A stretch of DNA of 64,000 bases from Chloroflexota bacterium (GTDB lineage: Bacteria > Chloroflexota > Dehalococcoidia > SHYB01): assembly GCA_022572465.1 (NCBI GenBank), contig JACZVV010000001.1:2749-66748 (forward strand). The letters run 5' to 3'. Shown in pieces: positions 20,176-29,732 of the stretch. The position numbers and the translations under genes were made by a program. The notes under the pieces were generated by a model, which worked only from the letters and a program-made list of their open reading frames with translations, ran no database searches and was not told the DNA's origin. Positions within the stretch are counted from its first letter, which is position 1, and the number at the start of each line of letters is the position of its first letter.

Positions 20176-21390
20176 ATGACGACCGAGACGAAGGCCAAGC
20201 GGAGAAATATCGATGCCGATGGGCACTACGTGGAGCCCCCGTTCGCGATTCCGGAATACATCGAACCGAAATACCGGGACGCGGCGCCTCGGATCGTCCA
20301 GGAGGACGATGGGAAAGAGTACTGGCGAGGCAGGGGCTGGTGGGACTACAACGACAAAATCGGGCCCCAGAGCGGGGGTGGCGGACAGCGCCAGAACGCC
20401 ACGGCCGTCGCCGGTCTGGCCGGGATTGCCCGCTGGAACCAGGGCGCCGACATTGGGAACGTGCAGGACCTCAACTACACCCAGATGAACCCCTCCGCCA
20501 ACGACCCAGCCGCCAGGCTGAAGGTCATGGACGAGGAGGAGATCGATGTCTGCGTCCTCTTCCCGACGCTGAACCTCCAGTGGATCAACGACGCCGAATA
20601 TCACATGGCGGTGAACCGCGCGCTGAACGACTGGCTGGCCGCCGAGTATCTCGGCGGTGACCGCAAGCGCCTCTACGGCACGGTCAACATCGTTGGCGTG
20701 CACGACATCGGGCTCGCCTGCGCCGAGGTCGAGCGGTGCGTCAAGGAGCACGGGTTCAAGGCGGTGTTCCTGCGGCCCTGTCATGCCAACCCCGACGCTC
20801 GCTGGTGGAGCGACTACTACGATCCGCTGTGGGCCACCTGCCAGGACCTGGACGTGGCCGTCGGGTTCCATCCCTTCCCCGGCGATACGATGTACGGGTC
20901 GGCGCGGTACTTCGACATGATAGGACCCGGGGCCGCTCAGGTATTTGGCAGAACTCCGGTGAACCACCCGGTGGACGCGATGCAACTGCTGACCGGGCTC
21001 ATCTGCGGGGCGAAGCTCGAGCAGTTTCCCAAACTACGGTTCGCGATCCTGGAATCGGGCGGCGGTTGGCTGATCACCCTGCTCGAACGCCTGGACGGCC
21101 GCTACGAGCATCTGGGCCACACGATCCCCGACGTGAAGATGGAGCCCTCCGACTACTTCCGGCGCCAGGGCTGGATCTCCTTCGATCCGGAGGAAGCGGT
21201 GTTGCCGCTGACAAGTGAGTGGATTGGAGCGGACCGCATCATCTGGGGCTCGGACTTTCCCCATCCCGATGCTTTCTACCCCAAATTCATCGAGATGCTG
21301 AACGGGAAGATCGGGAGCCTGACGCCCGAAAACCAGGCCCGCATTCGCGGGCTCAACGCCCTGGACTTCTATAAGATTCCGGCCTTGTAG
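20176..21390 (+). CDS. Amidohydrolase family protein (Amidohydro_2)
   Basis: IDADGHYVE, FHP, ILESGGGW and WGSDFPHPD motifs; GGAGGAG RBS. Confidence 0.9.
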   Translation: MTTETKAKRRNIDADGHYVEPPFAIPEYIEPKYRDAAPRIVQEDDGKEYWRGRGWWDYNDKIGPQSGGGGQRQNATAVAGLAGIARWNQGADIGNVQDLNYTQMNPSANDPAARLKVMDEEEIDVCVLFPTLNLQWINDAEYHMAVNRALNDWLAAEYLGGDRKRLYGTVNIVGVHDIGLACAEVERCVKEHGFKAVFLRPCHANPDARWWSDYYDPLWATCQDLDVAVGFHPFPGDTMYGSARYFDMIGPGAAQVFGRTPVNHPVDAMQLLTGLICGAKLEQFPKLRFAILESGGGWLITLLERLDGRYEHLGHTIPDVKMEPSDYFRRQGWISFDPEEAVLPLTSEWIGADRIIWGSDFPHPDAFYPKFIEMLNGKIGSLTPENQARIRGLNALDFYKIPAL

Positions 21391-21402
21391 CCGTGCTGAG
21401 CT

Positions 21403-21430
21403 GAGGCAGGGACGGTCCTGTCCCTGCCTC
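21403..21430. terminator. Hairpin between convergent genes
   Basis: GAGGCAGGGAC-GGTCCT-GTCCCTGCCTC, a perfect 11-bp stem; no U-tract. Confidence 0.6.
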
Positions 21431-21492
21431 CGTTGGGCGGTGACCGGCGCCGGTCGTGGCCCGGACGGTATTTCGGCGTCAGCGGAGGGGGC

Positions 21493-21777
21493 TTACCAGC
21501 GTCCGCCGCCGCCGCCACCGCCGCCTTGCCGGGGCTCCCGAGGGCGAGCTTCGTTCACCGTGAGGGTGCGCCCCTGGAGCTCTTTGCCGTTCAAGGCCTG
21601 GATCGCCGCCTCGGCCTCGGCATTGTTGGGCATCTCGATGAAGCCGAAGCCCTTCGACCGGCCCGAATACTGATCGTTGATCAGTCGAGCGGCATCGACC
21701 TGGCCAAAGGGGGTGAAGGCCGCTTCCATATCCTGCTCGGTGGTTTCGTACGATAGATTCCCGACATAGATGTTCAC
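21493..21777 (-). CDS. RRM-domain RNA-binding protein with Gly-rich tail
   Basis: IYVGNLS (RNP2), SKGFGFIEM (RNP1) and VNEARPRE motifs; GTG start after AAGGAG. Confidence 0.93.
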   Translation of the reverse strand: MNIYVGNLSYETTEQDMEAAFTPFGQVDAARLINDQYSGRSKGFGFIEMPNNAEAEAAIQALNGKELQGRTLTVNEARPREPRQGGGGGGGGRW

Positions 21778-21946
21778 GCTACGCTCCTTGTGCGTAAGAT
21801 TGTCCCTCGGAGTAGCAAGCGTCGCGTGCACCGGCCGGAGCATTGGGGTGGGAGGCGGAGACGTAACAGTCGCAATCACTTGGACGGCGATATTATACCA
21901 CGCCGGGCGTTTGTCAAGGGAATGCACCCTGCGTGACTGCCCCGAA

Positions 21947-21991
21947 TGGTGGGCGGTACTGGAATCGAACCAGTGACCCCTTGCGTGTGAA
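21947..21991 (-). repeat. att site: 45-bp copy of the 3' part of tRNA-Val(CAC)
   Basis: TGGTGGGCGGTACTGGAATCGAACCAGTGACCCCTTGCGTGTGAA is identical to 38126-38170 in the same orientation and stops at the anticodon loop. Confidence 0.92.
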
Positions 21992-22455
21992 ACTCAGGCC
22001 AACGGGTTCGCCGGCCTCCACCACCATACGCCAACGGAAGAGACATGCGTCTCGACAGTCCACGTCTATCCGCACCCATTCGGTGCGATTCGGCCCCGTT
22101 GCTACATTATTTGCTACAGTCGCTCCCTGTAGGATGCTTCAGAGCCATGGTGGCGCTGCGGCGCTCGGGGTCGAGGTTGCCCCCAACGACGTAAGTCTTA
22201 CAGCCGCAGTCCCCACAGAGAACGGCCGCTCCCAAGCACTCCCAGGTAGCCAACCGCCACTCCTGATACGCTCCCGCCACGCTCCGACGTGTGTTAGCAG
22301 CTCCCAACCAGTCCGTTAGCAAATCGGTTAGCGAAACTGCCCCCGGCCCAAGGCATCCCCGCCTGCGTAAAGCAGCAGAGCGTCAGCCTGAACGGGCTGG
22401 GCGTGGCGGCTGAAGTGAACGTGTGGGCGAGGCGACGGCTGGATGCGTAGACCCT

Positions 22456-22792
22456 CTACGGTGCCCCAGGTAGGCTCTCGCTGGCTATCCCGTCGCCGTT
22501 TCGGTCCAGCCTAGGGGGATCGTTCGCCAGCCCTCCGGCAGCCAGATAGAAGTCCCGGGCCTGCTGCCACATAGGAAAGTCCCCACAGTTCCGGTCGGTT
22601 CCAGCCGCGTCAAAGAGCAGGCCAGGGTTAGCTGCCGGTCGTTGGGTGGACGGCGCGGGCTCGGTAGAGGTTACAGGCTCGAAGGCTGGTTGCTCCACGC
22701 TTCCCTCGATGACGACCTGGGCTGAGCAAGTCCCCAGCATATCGGTGAGGGCGCTCCATTGATCTGCCGTCGCGGTCAAGCTCCAGGTTGCC
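22456..22792 (-). pseudogene. C-terminal remnant: end of a DUF1524 nuclease domain plus Excalibur Ca-binding domain
   Basis: WSLTATADQWSALTDMLGTC...DRNCGDFPMWQQARDFYLAAGG..DPPRLDRNGDGIASESL. Confidence 0.72.
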
Positions 22793-22890
22793 GGTACGCC
22801 CCATGGGTCTTAGTATGAGCACGTCAACATGAGCACGTCGATGCTCAAGCGATCGGATCGCCGCGCCGCGGCCAGCCAAGGAGGTTCCGC

Positions 22891-24087
22891 ATGACCACCG
22901 AGACCGAGATCAAGCTGAAGATCGTCGACGCCGACGGCCACTATCTCGAGCCGGCCTTCGAGCTGCCCGACTACATGGAGCCGAAGTACCGGGACGCCGC
23001 GCCCCGCATCGTCAAACGGGATGACGGCTTCGAGTATTGGGAGGGGCGCGACTGGACTGAGGAAACCGGCATCTTCGGCGGCGCCCAGACGCGGCGGGCG
23101 CTTGCCATCGCCGGGCTGGCCGGCGTCGAGCGTTGGAACGTGGTCAAAGACGACCCGGACAAAGCCCTGAACTACACTCAGATGAACCCGGCCAGCTTGG
23201 ACCCCATCGCGCGGCTCAAGGTCCTGGACGAGGAGCGCATGGACGCCGCTGTCCTGTACCCCACCTTCAACCTCAATTTCCGCACCGACGCCGAATTCCA
23301 GATGGCGCTCAACCGGGCGCTGAACGATTGGCTGGCCGATCGCTATATAAGCGCCGACCCCCGCCGGTTGTATGGCGTCACGAACATCGTCACGCTGCAC
23401 GACGTGGACGCCGCTTGCCGCGAGGTCGATCGTTGCGCTAAGCAGCATGGATTCAAGGCCACCTATCTCCGTCCCGGTCTTCCCACCGCCGAGGCCCGCT
23501 GGTGGAAGCGCGACTTCGATCGTTTCTGGGCCACCTGCCAGGACCTCGATGTCGCGGTCGCGTTCCACCCCTTCTCAGTCGACAGGATGTACGGGGCCAA
23601 CCGCGACCTCGACCTGCTCGGTCCGGCGGCCGAGCAGCAGTTCCTGCGCGCCGTGCTCACCCATCCCGTCGATGCGCTGAACGCTGTCTGTGGAATTATC
23701 GTTGGCGGTGTGCTCGAACGGTTCCCTGGCCTGCGATTCGCGATTCTCGAGTCCGGAGGCGGCTGGCTCGTGCCTATGCTCGAGCGCCTTGACCACCGGT
23801 TCGAACACATGGGCTGGAGACTCAAAGACCTGAGCATGAAACCCAGCGACTACTTCCGGCGGCAAGGCTGGATATCGTTCGATCCGGACGAGGCGACCCT
23901 TGGGGTTACAGCCGCGTGGCTGGGCGCTGATCGCATCATCTGGGGCTCCGACTTTCCGCACCCGGACGCCTTCTACCCCAACTTCGTGGATACTCTGAAC
24001 GGCCAGATCGCCGCGCTCCCGCAGGAGGACCAGGACCGCATCCGCGGCCTTAACGCCGTGGACTTCTACAAGTTGCCCAATAACTAG
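22891..24087 (+). CDS. Amidohydrolase family protein, paralog of 20176-21390
   Basis: VDADGHYLE, ILESGGGW and WGSDFPHPDAFYP motifs; AGGAGG RBS. Confidence 0.9.
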   Translation: MTTETEIKLKIVDADGHYLEPAFELPDYMEPKYRDAAPRIVKRDDGFEYWEGRDWTEETGIFGGAQTRRALAIAGLAGVERWNVVKDDPDKALNYTQMNPASLDPIARLKVLDEERMDAAVLYPTFNLNFRTDAEFQMALNRALNDWLADRYISADPRRLYGVTNIVTLHDVDAACREVDRCAKQHGFKATYLRPGLPTAEARWWKRDFDRFWATCQDLDVAVAFHPFSVDRMYGANRDLDLLGPAAEQQFLRAVLTHPVDALNAVCGIIVGGVLERFPGLRFAILESGGGWLVPMLERLDHRFEHMGWRLKDLSMKPSDYFRRQGWISFDPDEATLGVTAAWLGADRIIWGSDFPHPDAFYPNFVDTLNGQIAALPQEDQDRIRGLNAVDFYKLPNN

Positions 24088-24279
24088 AACTCGGCCGGCG
24101 CCAGGCGCCGATCGCCGCACGCCGCAGGCCGCACGCCGCACGATTGAGGATGCCGGAACAAACACGGCGCAGGCCCAGCGGCTGCGACGGGTTCTCCGTG
24201 GCCCGTTTCTCCAGGCCCTGGCCGAAGTAGACGTCATCGCACGAGAAATGGGTAGCTCCTCTTCGGCGGAGATGGCGCA

Positions 24280-25404
24280 ATGAAGTTCTCCACATTCCAT
24301 TCGTTCATGCTGGTCGATGCCATAAGGGGGGGCAAGCTGCCGGATGACGTCGACGCCGGCATCCTTCCACAGCATTATGATCAAGTCGTCTCCACCCACC
24401 ATAATGAGATTCAGATGGAACTCGAGGAGATACGTTGGGTGGAGGAGCTGGGGTTCGACGGCGTGTGGCTGCGGGAGCATCACTTTACAGACTACGGCTT
24501 CCTACCGAATACGATGGTCATGCTCGGCTACATCGCGTCCATGACGAAGAGGATTCGGTTAGGCAGCGCCGTCGTTACGTTGCCGCTCCACAACCCGGTG
24601 CGCGCTGCCGAAGACGCCGCACTCGTCGACGTTATCAGTAACGGTAGACTCAATTACGGGATCGGTCGAGGATATCAGTCGATCGAATTCGATACCCTCG
24701 GCGTTCCCATGGACGACTCGAGGGAGCGTTGTTCAGAAGAAATAGAATCCATCATCCAGCTTTGGTCTAACGACACCGCGAGCTATCACGGCCGGTTCGT
24801 GGATTTCGAGCAGGTACGGCTTCAGCCGAAGCCCCTGCAACAGCCGCACCCCCCGGTCTTCTACGCCTCGATCAGCAAAGAGAGCGTCCTGCACTTTGCC
24901 AAGCTTGGCATACCATTCATTGTGGACTCGACGCTGACGCTCTCGAGCCTGGACCAACTGTGCGCCGCATGGAGCGAAGTCGCCAGTGCGCACGGCCACG
25001 ATCCGGGCTCTGGTGAGTTGGTGGCGATGCGCACCGTCTGGCTGGACGAGACAGATGAGCGGGCCAGAGAGTACGTGGGGAGGGCGCCGAAGGTGGAGTC
25101 CACGGCGCACGACCCGAAGTTGGCTCCACGGAAAAAGGATGGGAGCATAGCCCGAGGCTACGAATACTGGCAGAGGGGATGGCATGGGCGTTCGCTCAAA
25201 CACTACGACACCTCGGAGAATTGGGAGAATCGCTGGATCGCGGGCGATATCGATCGTGTGGTCGGTGGCATCGAGAGACTCGAAGAGATGGGGGTAAAAA
25301 ACCTAATTGTCGGGTTCGGATCGGACCCCGAACCGACCTCCCGAGCCGAGAAGCGCCGCCGCATGGAGTTATTCGCGAGAGAGGTTATGCCTCACTTTCG
25401 GTGA
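24280..25404 (+). CDS. Luciferase-like (LLM) flavin-dependent oxidoreductase
   Basis: WLREHHF, LPLHNPVRAAED, SNGRLNYGIGRGY and PKPLQQPHPP motifs. Confidence 0.9.
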   Translation: MKFSTFHSFMLVDAIRGGKLPDDVDAGILPQHYDQVVSTHHNEIQMELEEIRWVEELGFDGVWLREHHFTDYGFLPNTMVMLGYIASMTKRIRLGSAVVTLPLHNPVRAAEDAALVDVISNGRLNYGIGRGYQSIEFDTLGVPMDDSRERCSEEIESIIQLWSNDTASYHGRFVDFEQVRLQPKPLQQPHPPVFYASISKESVLHFAKLGIPFIVDSTLTLSSLDQLCAAWSEVASAHGHDPGSGELVAMRTVWLDETDERAREYVGRAPKVESTAHDPKLAPRKKDGSIARGYEYWQRGWHGRSLKHYDTSENWENRWIAGDIDRVVGGIERLEEMGVKNLIVGFGSDPEPTSRAEKRRRMELFAREVMPHFR

Positions 25405-25550
25405 TGGCAGCAACCACCCGGATAGCACCTTCCCGAACTCTCAGGCCGGCATCGCCAAGATTTTCAGTGACCCCGCCGGAGGCAGGACAGAAGGTTACGC
25501 GAGACAACGCCGCCAACCTGTATGGCTTCCGAGAGGCGCTGAAGACCTGA
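25405..25550 (+). pseudogene. C-terminal fragment of an amidohydrolase
   Basis: GSNHPDSTFPNSQ, then in another frame KVTRDNAANLYGF; matches the family's C-terminus; no N-terminal part. Confidence 0.6.
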
Positions 25551-25603
25551 TATCCCCGACACCTGGGCCGTCCGCAGCGAGGGTTCTCCCCAGGCGCTCG
25601 GCT

Positions 25604-26353
25604 TCACTCCCAGGCGCTCACGTCTACACCCATGGCCCGGTATCGCTCCACCATAGCCTGGCCGCCCCCCGGGTCGGGGCCGCGGTCGTAGTCCCAGTGG
25701 CGGATCCTGGCGATTTCGACCCCCATCGGCGGGGCCTCTCCGAGCTTGATCGGCACGATGACGCCCCGTTTGTCCGGAAACGCCCGTTCCCACTCCGCCA
25801 CATGCTCCGCGGAGATGAAGAAGTTGATGCTGTCGCAGGTGACGTTCCACTCCTCCCGAAAGCGGTTCGGATGGATGCCGATGTGGAGGACCGTCGTCGG
25901 CGGGTCGAGCGCCACGACGATGAGGTCCTTGGTCTCAAACCGGATGGGCTCCCAGCAGTCCGGGCAGAACGAATCGATAATCGCCGTGCGGCCCGGGAAC
26001 ATGCCCCCGACGGCGCAGCACTCGCCGCCGCACCCCACGTACCACTTGCTCTCGCCGTCCACGGTCAGCCGGTGCCGGGTCGGCACGTTGCTAAACGGCG
26101 GCATTTTGCTGATCGTCTCCGTCCCAGGGACGAACATCACCTGGACACCCCGCTCTAGCTGGTGCAGGGAGTGCCAGGTGGTCCGCTGGTCCAGGCCAAG
26201 GTCCCGCATGATCTGGGCCAGGTTCGGCCCGCGACCGTGCTCAATGAAAGAGTCCTCCAGATAACGCCTGACCCGCTTCGCATTCTCGGTGAGCTCGAAC
26301 CATTCGCTGGCTGTGTTGCCGTAGACGCCGTAGGGGGCATGGAAGGCATGCAT
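25604..26353 (-). CDS. MerB (organomercurial lyase)-like protein with N-terminal HTH
   Basis: PPFSNVPTRHRL, WYVGCGGEC, IDSFCPDCWEPI and TCDSINFFISAEH follow the MerB layout; AAGGAG RBS. Confidence 0.72.
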   Translation of the reverse strand: MHAFHAPYGVYGNTASEWFELTENAKRVRRYLEDSFIEHGRGPNLAQIMRDLGLDQRTTWHSLHQLERGVQVMFVPGTETISKMPPFSNVPTRHRLTVDGESKWYVGCGGECCAVGGMFPGRTAIIDSFCPDCWEPIRFETKDLIVVALDPPTTVLHIGIHPNRFREEWNVTCDSINFFISAEHVAEWERAFPDKRGVIVPIKLGEAPPMGVEIARIRHWDYDRGPDPGGGQAMVERYRAMGVDVSAWE

Positions 26354-26401
26354 CCAACTCTCCTTTTGGGCGGCGTGCGTCCGAAGGGCGCCCTGAGGCC
26401 G

Positions 26402-26590
26402 TTATCTGCCGAAGGCCGGCTGTTCCCGCCCCGGGTCTCCCGCCGGACGCTCAATCTTGACGACCTCGGCTCCCTGGTCGGCCAGCAGCATCCCCAGCAG
26501 AGGCCCGGCGACGTAGTGGCCGGCGTCGAGCACGCGCTCCCCGCGCAGAGCGCCCGTGGGTGTTGGTGTCGGACGTAGGTTGATGGTCAT
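26402..26590 (-). pseudogene. N-terminal fragment of a CaiB/BaiF CoA-transferase
   Basis: [41 protein letters not shown], then a stop at 62 aa. Confidence 0.8.
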
Positions 26591-26874
26591 ACGCGTCCCG
26601 GATCAGGTTGGCTTACCCAGATATCGTGGGGCGGATTCTACGCGGGCTCTATACGCCCGTCAATTGGGATCTGACGCCCAGGCAAGGGTGATCTTGCGAT
26701 GCACGGTCTCCCTATGGCTCCCGAAAACGTCATTGGCATGTCTGCACCTGGAGCACACCCGTCGCCGGCCTCCATCCGGCACCTGGGTATTGAACGTCCT
26801 TGGGGTCATTGGAGGCGATGATGGGCGCCCAAGGGTGAGGTGCGTCCCCGGGGAGTTGTAAGGGAGGACAACCG

Positions 26875-27295
26875 GTGACAGCTGCCTCTGTTCCTCGCCG
26901 AACGCTAACCAGAGTCGCCGACGAGATGGACCTCCCGTTCTGGGAGGGCGCCGTCCAGGGCAAGCTCCTCGTCCAGCGCTGTAAGGATTGCAACCGCTAC
27001 TACTGGCCGGTCAGCATCTGCGTGCAGTGCTCCAACCGGGACCTGGAGTGGGTGGAAGCCACCGGGCGAGGCGCCGTGTACACCTTAACCTTCATCCACC
27101 CGGCCCTTTCTGCTGGCCTGCGCTGTGAACACCCTTATAATGTGACCGTCGTCGAGCTGGAAGCGGGGCCGCTGATGTTTATCAACATCGTCGACTGCCC
27201 CAGCGACCAGATCGAGGTCGGCATGCCGGTGGAGGTGACGTTCAAAGAGATGGAGGCCGGTGGGAGCGTTCCCGAGTTCCGGCCCGTGCAGTCAC
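26875..27295 (+). pseudogene. Degenerate DUF35 (Zn-ribbon/OB-fold) protein, paralog of 31069-31488
   Basis: LPFWEGA, CKDC...CVQC, PYNVTVVEL and GMPVEVTF motifs; compensating frameshifts at 27097-27138; no stop before the next gene. Confidence 0.65.
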
Positions 27296-27340
27296 AGCCG
27301 CGCCTGACGACGCAAGCGTCTGCGAGTCAAGGAGGGATTC

Positions 27341-28426
27341 ATGGCACAGGAGTATCGGATCATCTCGGCGGATTCTCACGTGAACCCGCGGCCCACGTTC
27401 TGGCGGGACTACCTGCCGGGGAAGTTGGCCGAGCGGGCGCCCCAGGTGGAAGAGACCGACGAGCAGGACTTTATCTTGTTCGAGGGGAACCGCACCCCCT
27501 ACATCATGCTGTCGTCGTTGGCGGGTAAGAAAGCGGAGGACTTCAAGTTCACCGGCAAGATGAGCGACGCGCGGCCCGGCGGCTGGGACCCCCATGAGCG
27601 CACCAAAGACCAGGACATAGACGGGATCGACGCCGAAGTTCTCTACGGTGGCGGGCCGCTGCGGACGGAGAACAGGGAGCTGGCGGTGGCCAGCCATCGG
27701 GCCTACAACGAGTGGCTGGCGGACTTCTGCAAGGGTGCGCCGGAGCGCCTCCTCGGCATCGCCTACGTGCCAATGTGGGACCTGGAGGAGGCGCTGGACG
27801 AGGTCCGCCACGCCGCCAAGATCGGCCTCCGGGGTGTCCTGATACCCGCGGCCCCACCGGAAGGCGAGTTCGCGGACCCCAAGTACGAAGTCTTCTGGAA
27901 CACCCTCGAAGAGCTCAACATGCCGGCGAACCTGCACGTGGGCTTTAGCGGCGGCCGTACCCCCCGGTTCGACAACTCGACGCATTTCCTCTCGGACATG
28001 CTGATGAGCAAGCTGGGTATGGCGGAACCGGTGGCCAACATGATCTTCTCCGGCATCCTGGCGCGCCACCCCAAGCTCAAGGTGGTGGAGGTGGAAGGCG
28101 GCGTGGGCTGGTGCGCCTTCGCCATCCAATACATGGACCACGTCTGGGAAAAGCACCGCTACTGGACCAAGTCCGATCTCACCGAGCCCCCTAGCTTCTA
28201 CTTCCATCGCCAAATTCGGGGAACGTTCGTCGATGACCCCGTCGCCGTCAACGAGCGCCACACCATCGGCGTCGAGAGCATCATGTGGTCTTCGGACTAC
28301 CCTCACAGCGAGACCCCGTGGCCCAACTCGAGGCAGAGCATCGCGAAGCACTTCGCGGGGGTGCCCGAAGACGAGACCTTCAAAATGATCTGCGGCAACG
28401 CCCAGAGGCTCTACAACATCTACTGA
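27341..28426 (+). CDS. Amidohydrolase family protein
   Basis: ISADSHV, NLHVG, VEGGVGW and MWSSDYPHSE motifs. Confidence 0.9.
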   Translation: MAQEYRIISADSHVNPRPTFWRDYLPGKLAERAPQVEETDEQDFILFEGNRTPYIMLSSLAGKKAEDFKFTGKMSDARPGGWDPHERTKDQDIDGIDAEVLYGGGPLRTENRELAVASHRAYNEWLADFCKGAPERLLGIAYVPMWDLEEALDEVRHAAKIGLRGVLIPAAPPEGEFADPKYEVFWNTLEELNMPANLHVGFSGGRTPRFDNSTHFLSDMLMSKLGMAEPVANMIFSGILARHPKLKVVEVEGGVGWCAFAIQYMDHVWEKHRYWTKSDLTEPPSFYFHRQIRGTFVDDPVAVNERHTIGVESIMWSSDYPHSETPWPNSRQSIAKHFAGVPEDETFKMICGNAQRLYNIY

Positions 28427-28445
28427 CGCGGCCAGCACCAGCAAC

Positions 28446-28478
28446 AAAGAGAGGGGCCCGATGTCGGCCCCTCTCTTT
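28446..28478. terminator. Probable bidirectional intrinsic terminator
   Basis: AAAGAGAGGGGCC...GGCCCCTCTCTTT between convergent genes. Confidence 0.75.
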
Positions 28479-28491
28479 CATTTGACCCGCG

Positions 28492-29721
28492 TTAGACCAC
28501 GCCGCTTTTCCGCATGGCGTCCAGGCGGCTATCCTCGAATCCGAGCAACTGACGGTAGACGTCGTCGTTGTGCTCCCCGAGCTGCGGCGCACGCGGACCA
28601 TGGCGCCACGGCATCGCCGGAGATACCCAAGGCGAGGCGGGATACGTGAACGATTTCCCAACCTCCGAATGCTCGATTTCCGCGAAGTTGCCTCGCCCGA
28701 CAAAGTGCTCGTCGTTCAGGCTGCCCTCGGGCGGCCGCACCGTCGCCCAGATGACGCCTCGGTTTTGGGCGTCGAGCATGAGCTCGTCGGCATTGTGCTG
28801 CGCGATGAACTTGCGCCGCACGTCGTTGATGTGGCCCATCTCCTTGACGCGGGCGGATGGAATCGTGTATCGCTCGTCCGCCAGGTCTTCCGCCATCCCA
28901 TACTCGTCCAGCATGGCCGCCTCCCGCTCCCACTCCCCAGGGAACAGGCCGCCGCTCGTGATCATATTGTAGCCGTCCTTAGAGAGGATATCGCCCTGGT
29001 ACGTTGGCCGGCGGGGGCTCACCATTCGGCCAACCTCGTACACGGACAAGTTGTTCTCCGTGCAGGTGTTGACGGCCGTATGGATCGAAAAGTCGATGTA
29101 CTGGCCGCGGCCGGTCATCCGCTGATGCCAGAGCGCTGCCAGCGCGTCCATCGTCGCCATTGAGCAGGAGATGTGCGACGACTGCCACATCTGGGGCGCG
29201 ATAGGCGGTGTGTCGAATTCGCCGTCCGCATTTGGGCCGTACCCGCAGATCTTCGTCTGTCCACCGAGCGCGAGAAACACCAGGTCGGACCCCTTGTAGT
29301 CTCGCCAGGGACCCGTCTCGCCGAAGTCCGACATCGCCAGCACGATCAGCCGGGGATTGTCTGCCTGCAGGGTCTCGAAACCCAACCCGAGGTCGGCGAG
29401 ATATCCAGGCCGCGACGTAAGCAGCAGCAAATCTGCTTTCTTCAGGAGCTCCCTGAACACGCCGCGGCCCTCGCCGTTCTCCAGGTCCAGCGTGATCCCC
29501 TTCTTTCCGACGTTGTAGTGCCAGAAATGGAGACTCCGCTCGGCGCCGGGCTCGTCCCGGTAGAACGGTCCGATGCGCCTCGTCGGCGAACCTCCCGGGG
29601 GCTCGACCTTGATGACGTTCGCCCCCATCCCGGCGAGCAGCTTGCCGCAGAACTCCCCCCGCCAGTCCGCGAGCTCGATGATGGTGAAGTCGTCCAGAGC
29701 CATCGGATGCACCTCGGCCAT
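28492..29721 (-). CDS. CaiB/BaiF family CoA-transferase
   Basis: LAGMGANVIKVEPPGGSPTR, NVGKKGITLDL, GRGQYID and APQLGEHN motifs. Confidence 0.9.
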   Translation of the reverse strand: MAEVHPMALDDFTIIELADWRGEFCGKLLAGMGANVIKVEPPGGSPTRRIGPFYRDEPGAERSLHFWHYNVGKKGITLDLENGEGRGVFRELLKKADLLLLTSRPGYLADLGLGFETLQADNPRLIVLAMSDFGETGPWRDYKGSDLVFLALGGQTKICGYGPNADGEFDTPPIAPQMWQSSHISCSMATMDALAALWHQRMTGRGQYIDFSIHTAVNTCTENNLSVYEVGRMVSPRRPTYQGDILSKDGYNMITSGGLFPGEWEREAAMLDEYGMAEDLADERYTIPSARVKEMGHINDVRRKFIAQHNADELMLDAQNRGVIWATVRPPEGSLNDEHFVGRGNFAEIEHSEVGKSFTYPASPWVSPAMPWRHGPRAPQLGEHNDDVYRQLLGFEDSRLDAMRKSGVV

Positions 29722-29732
29722 GATTCGCCCTC

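Noticed and set aside
22003..22026. GGGTTCGCCGGCCTCCACCACCA as the missing tRNA-Ser 3' half or a tmRNA end
   Set aside because: The T-arm is incomplete and it does not fully pair with the GGAGGGA acceptor strand; too short to support.
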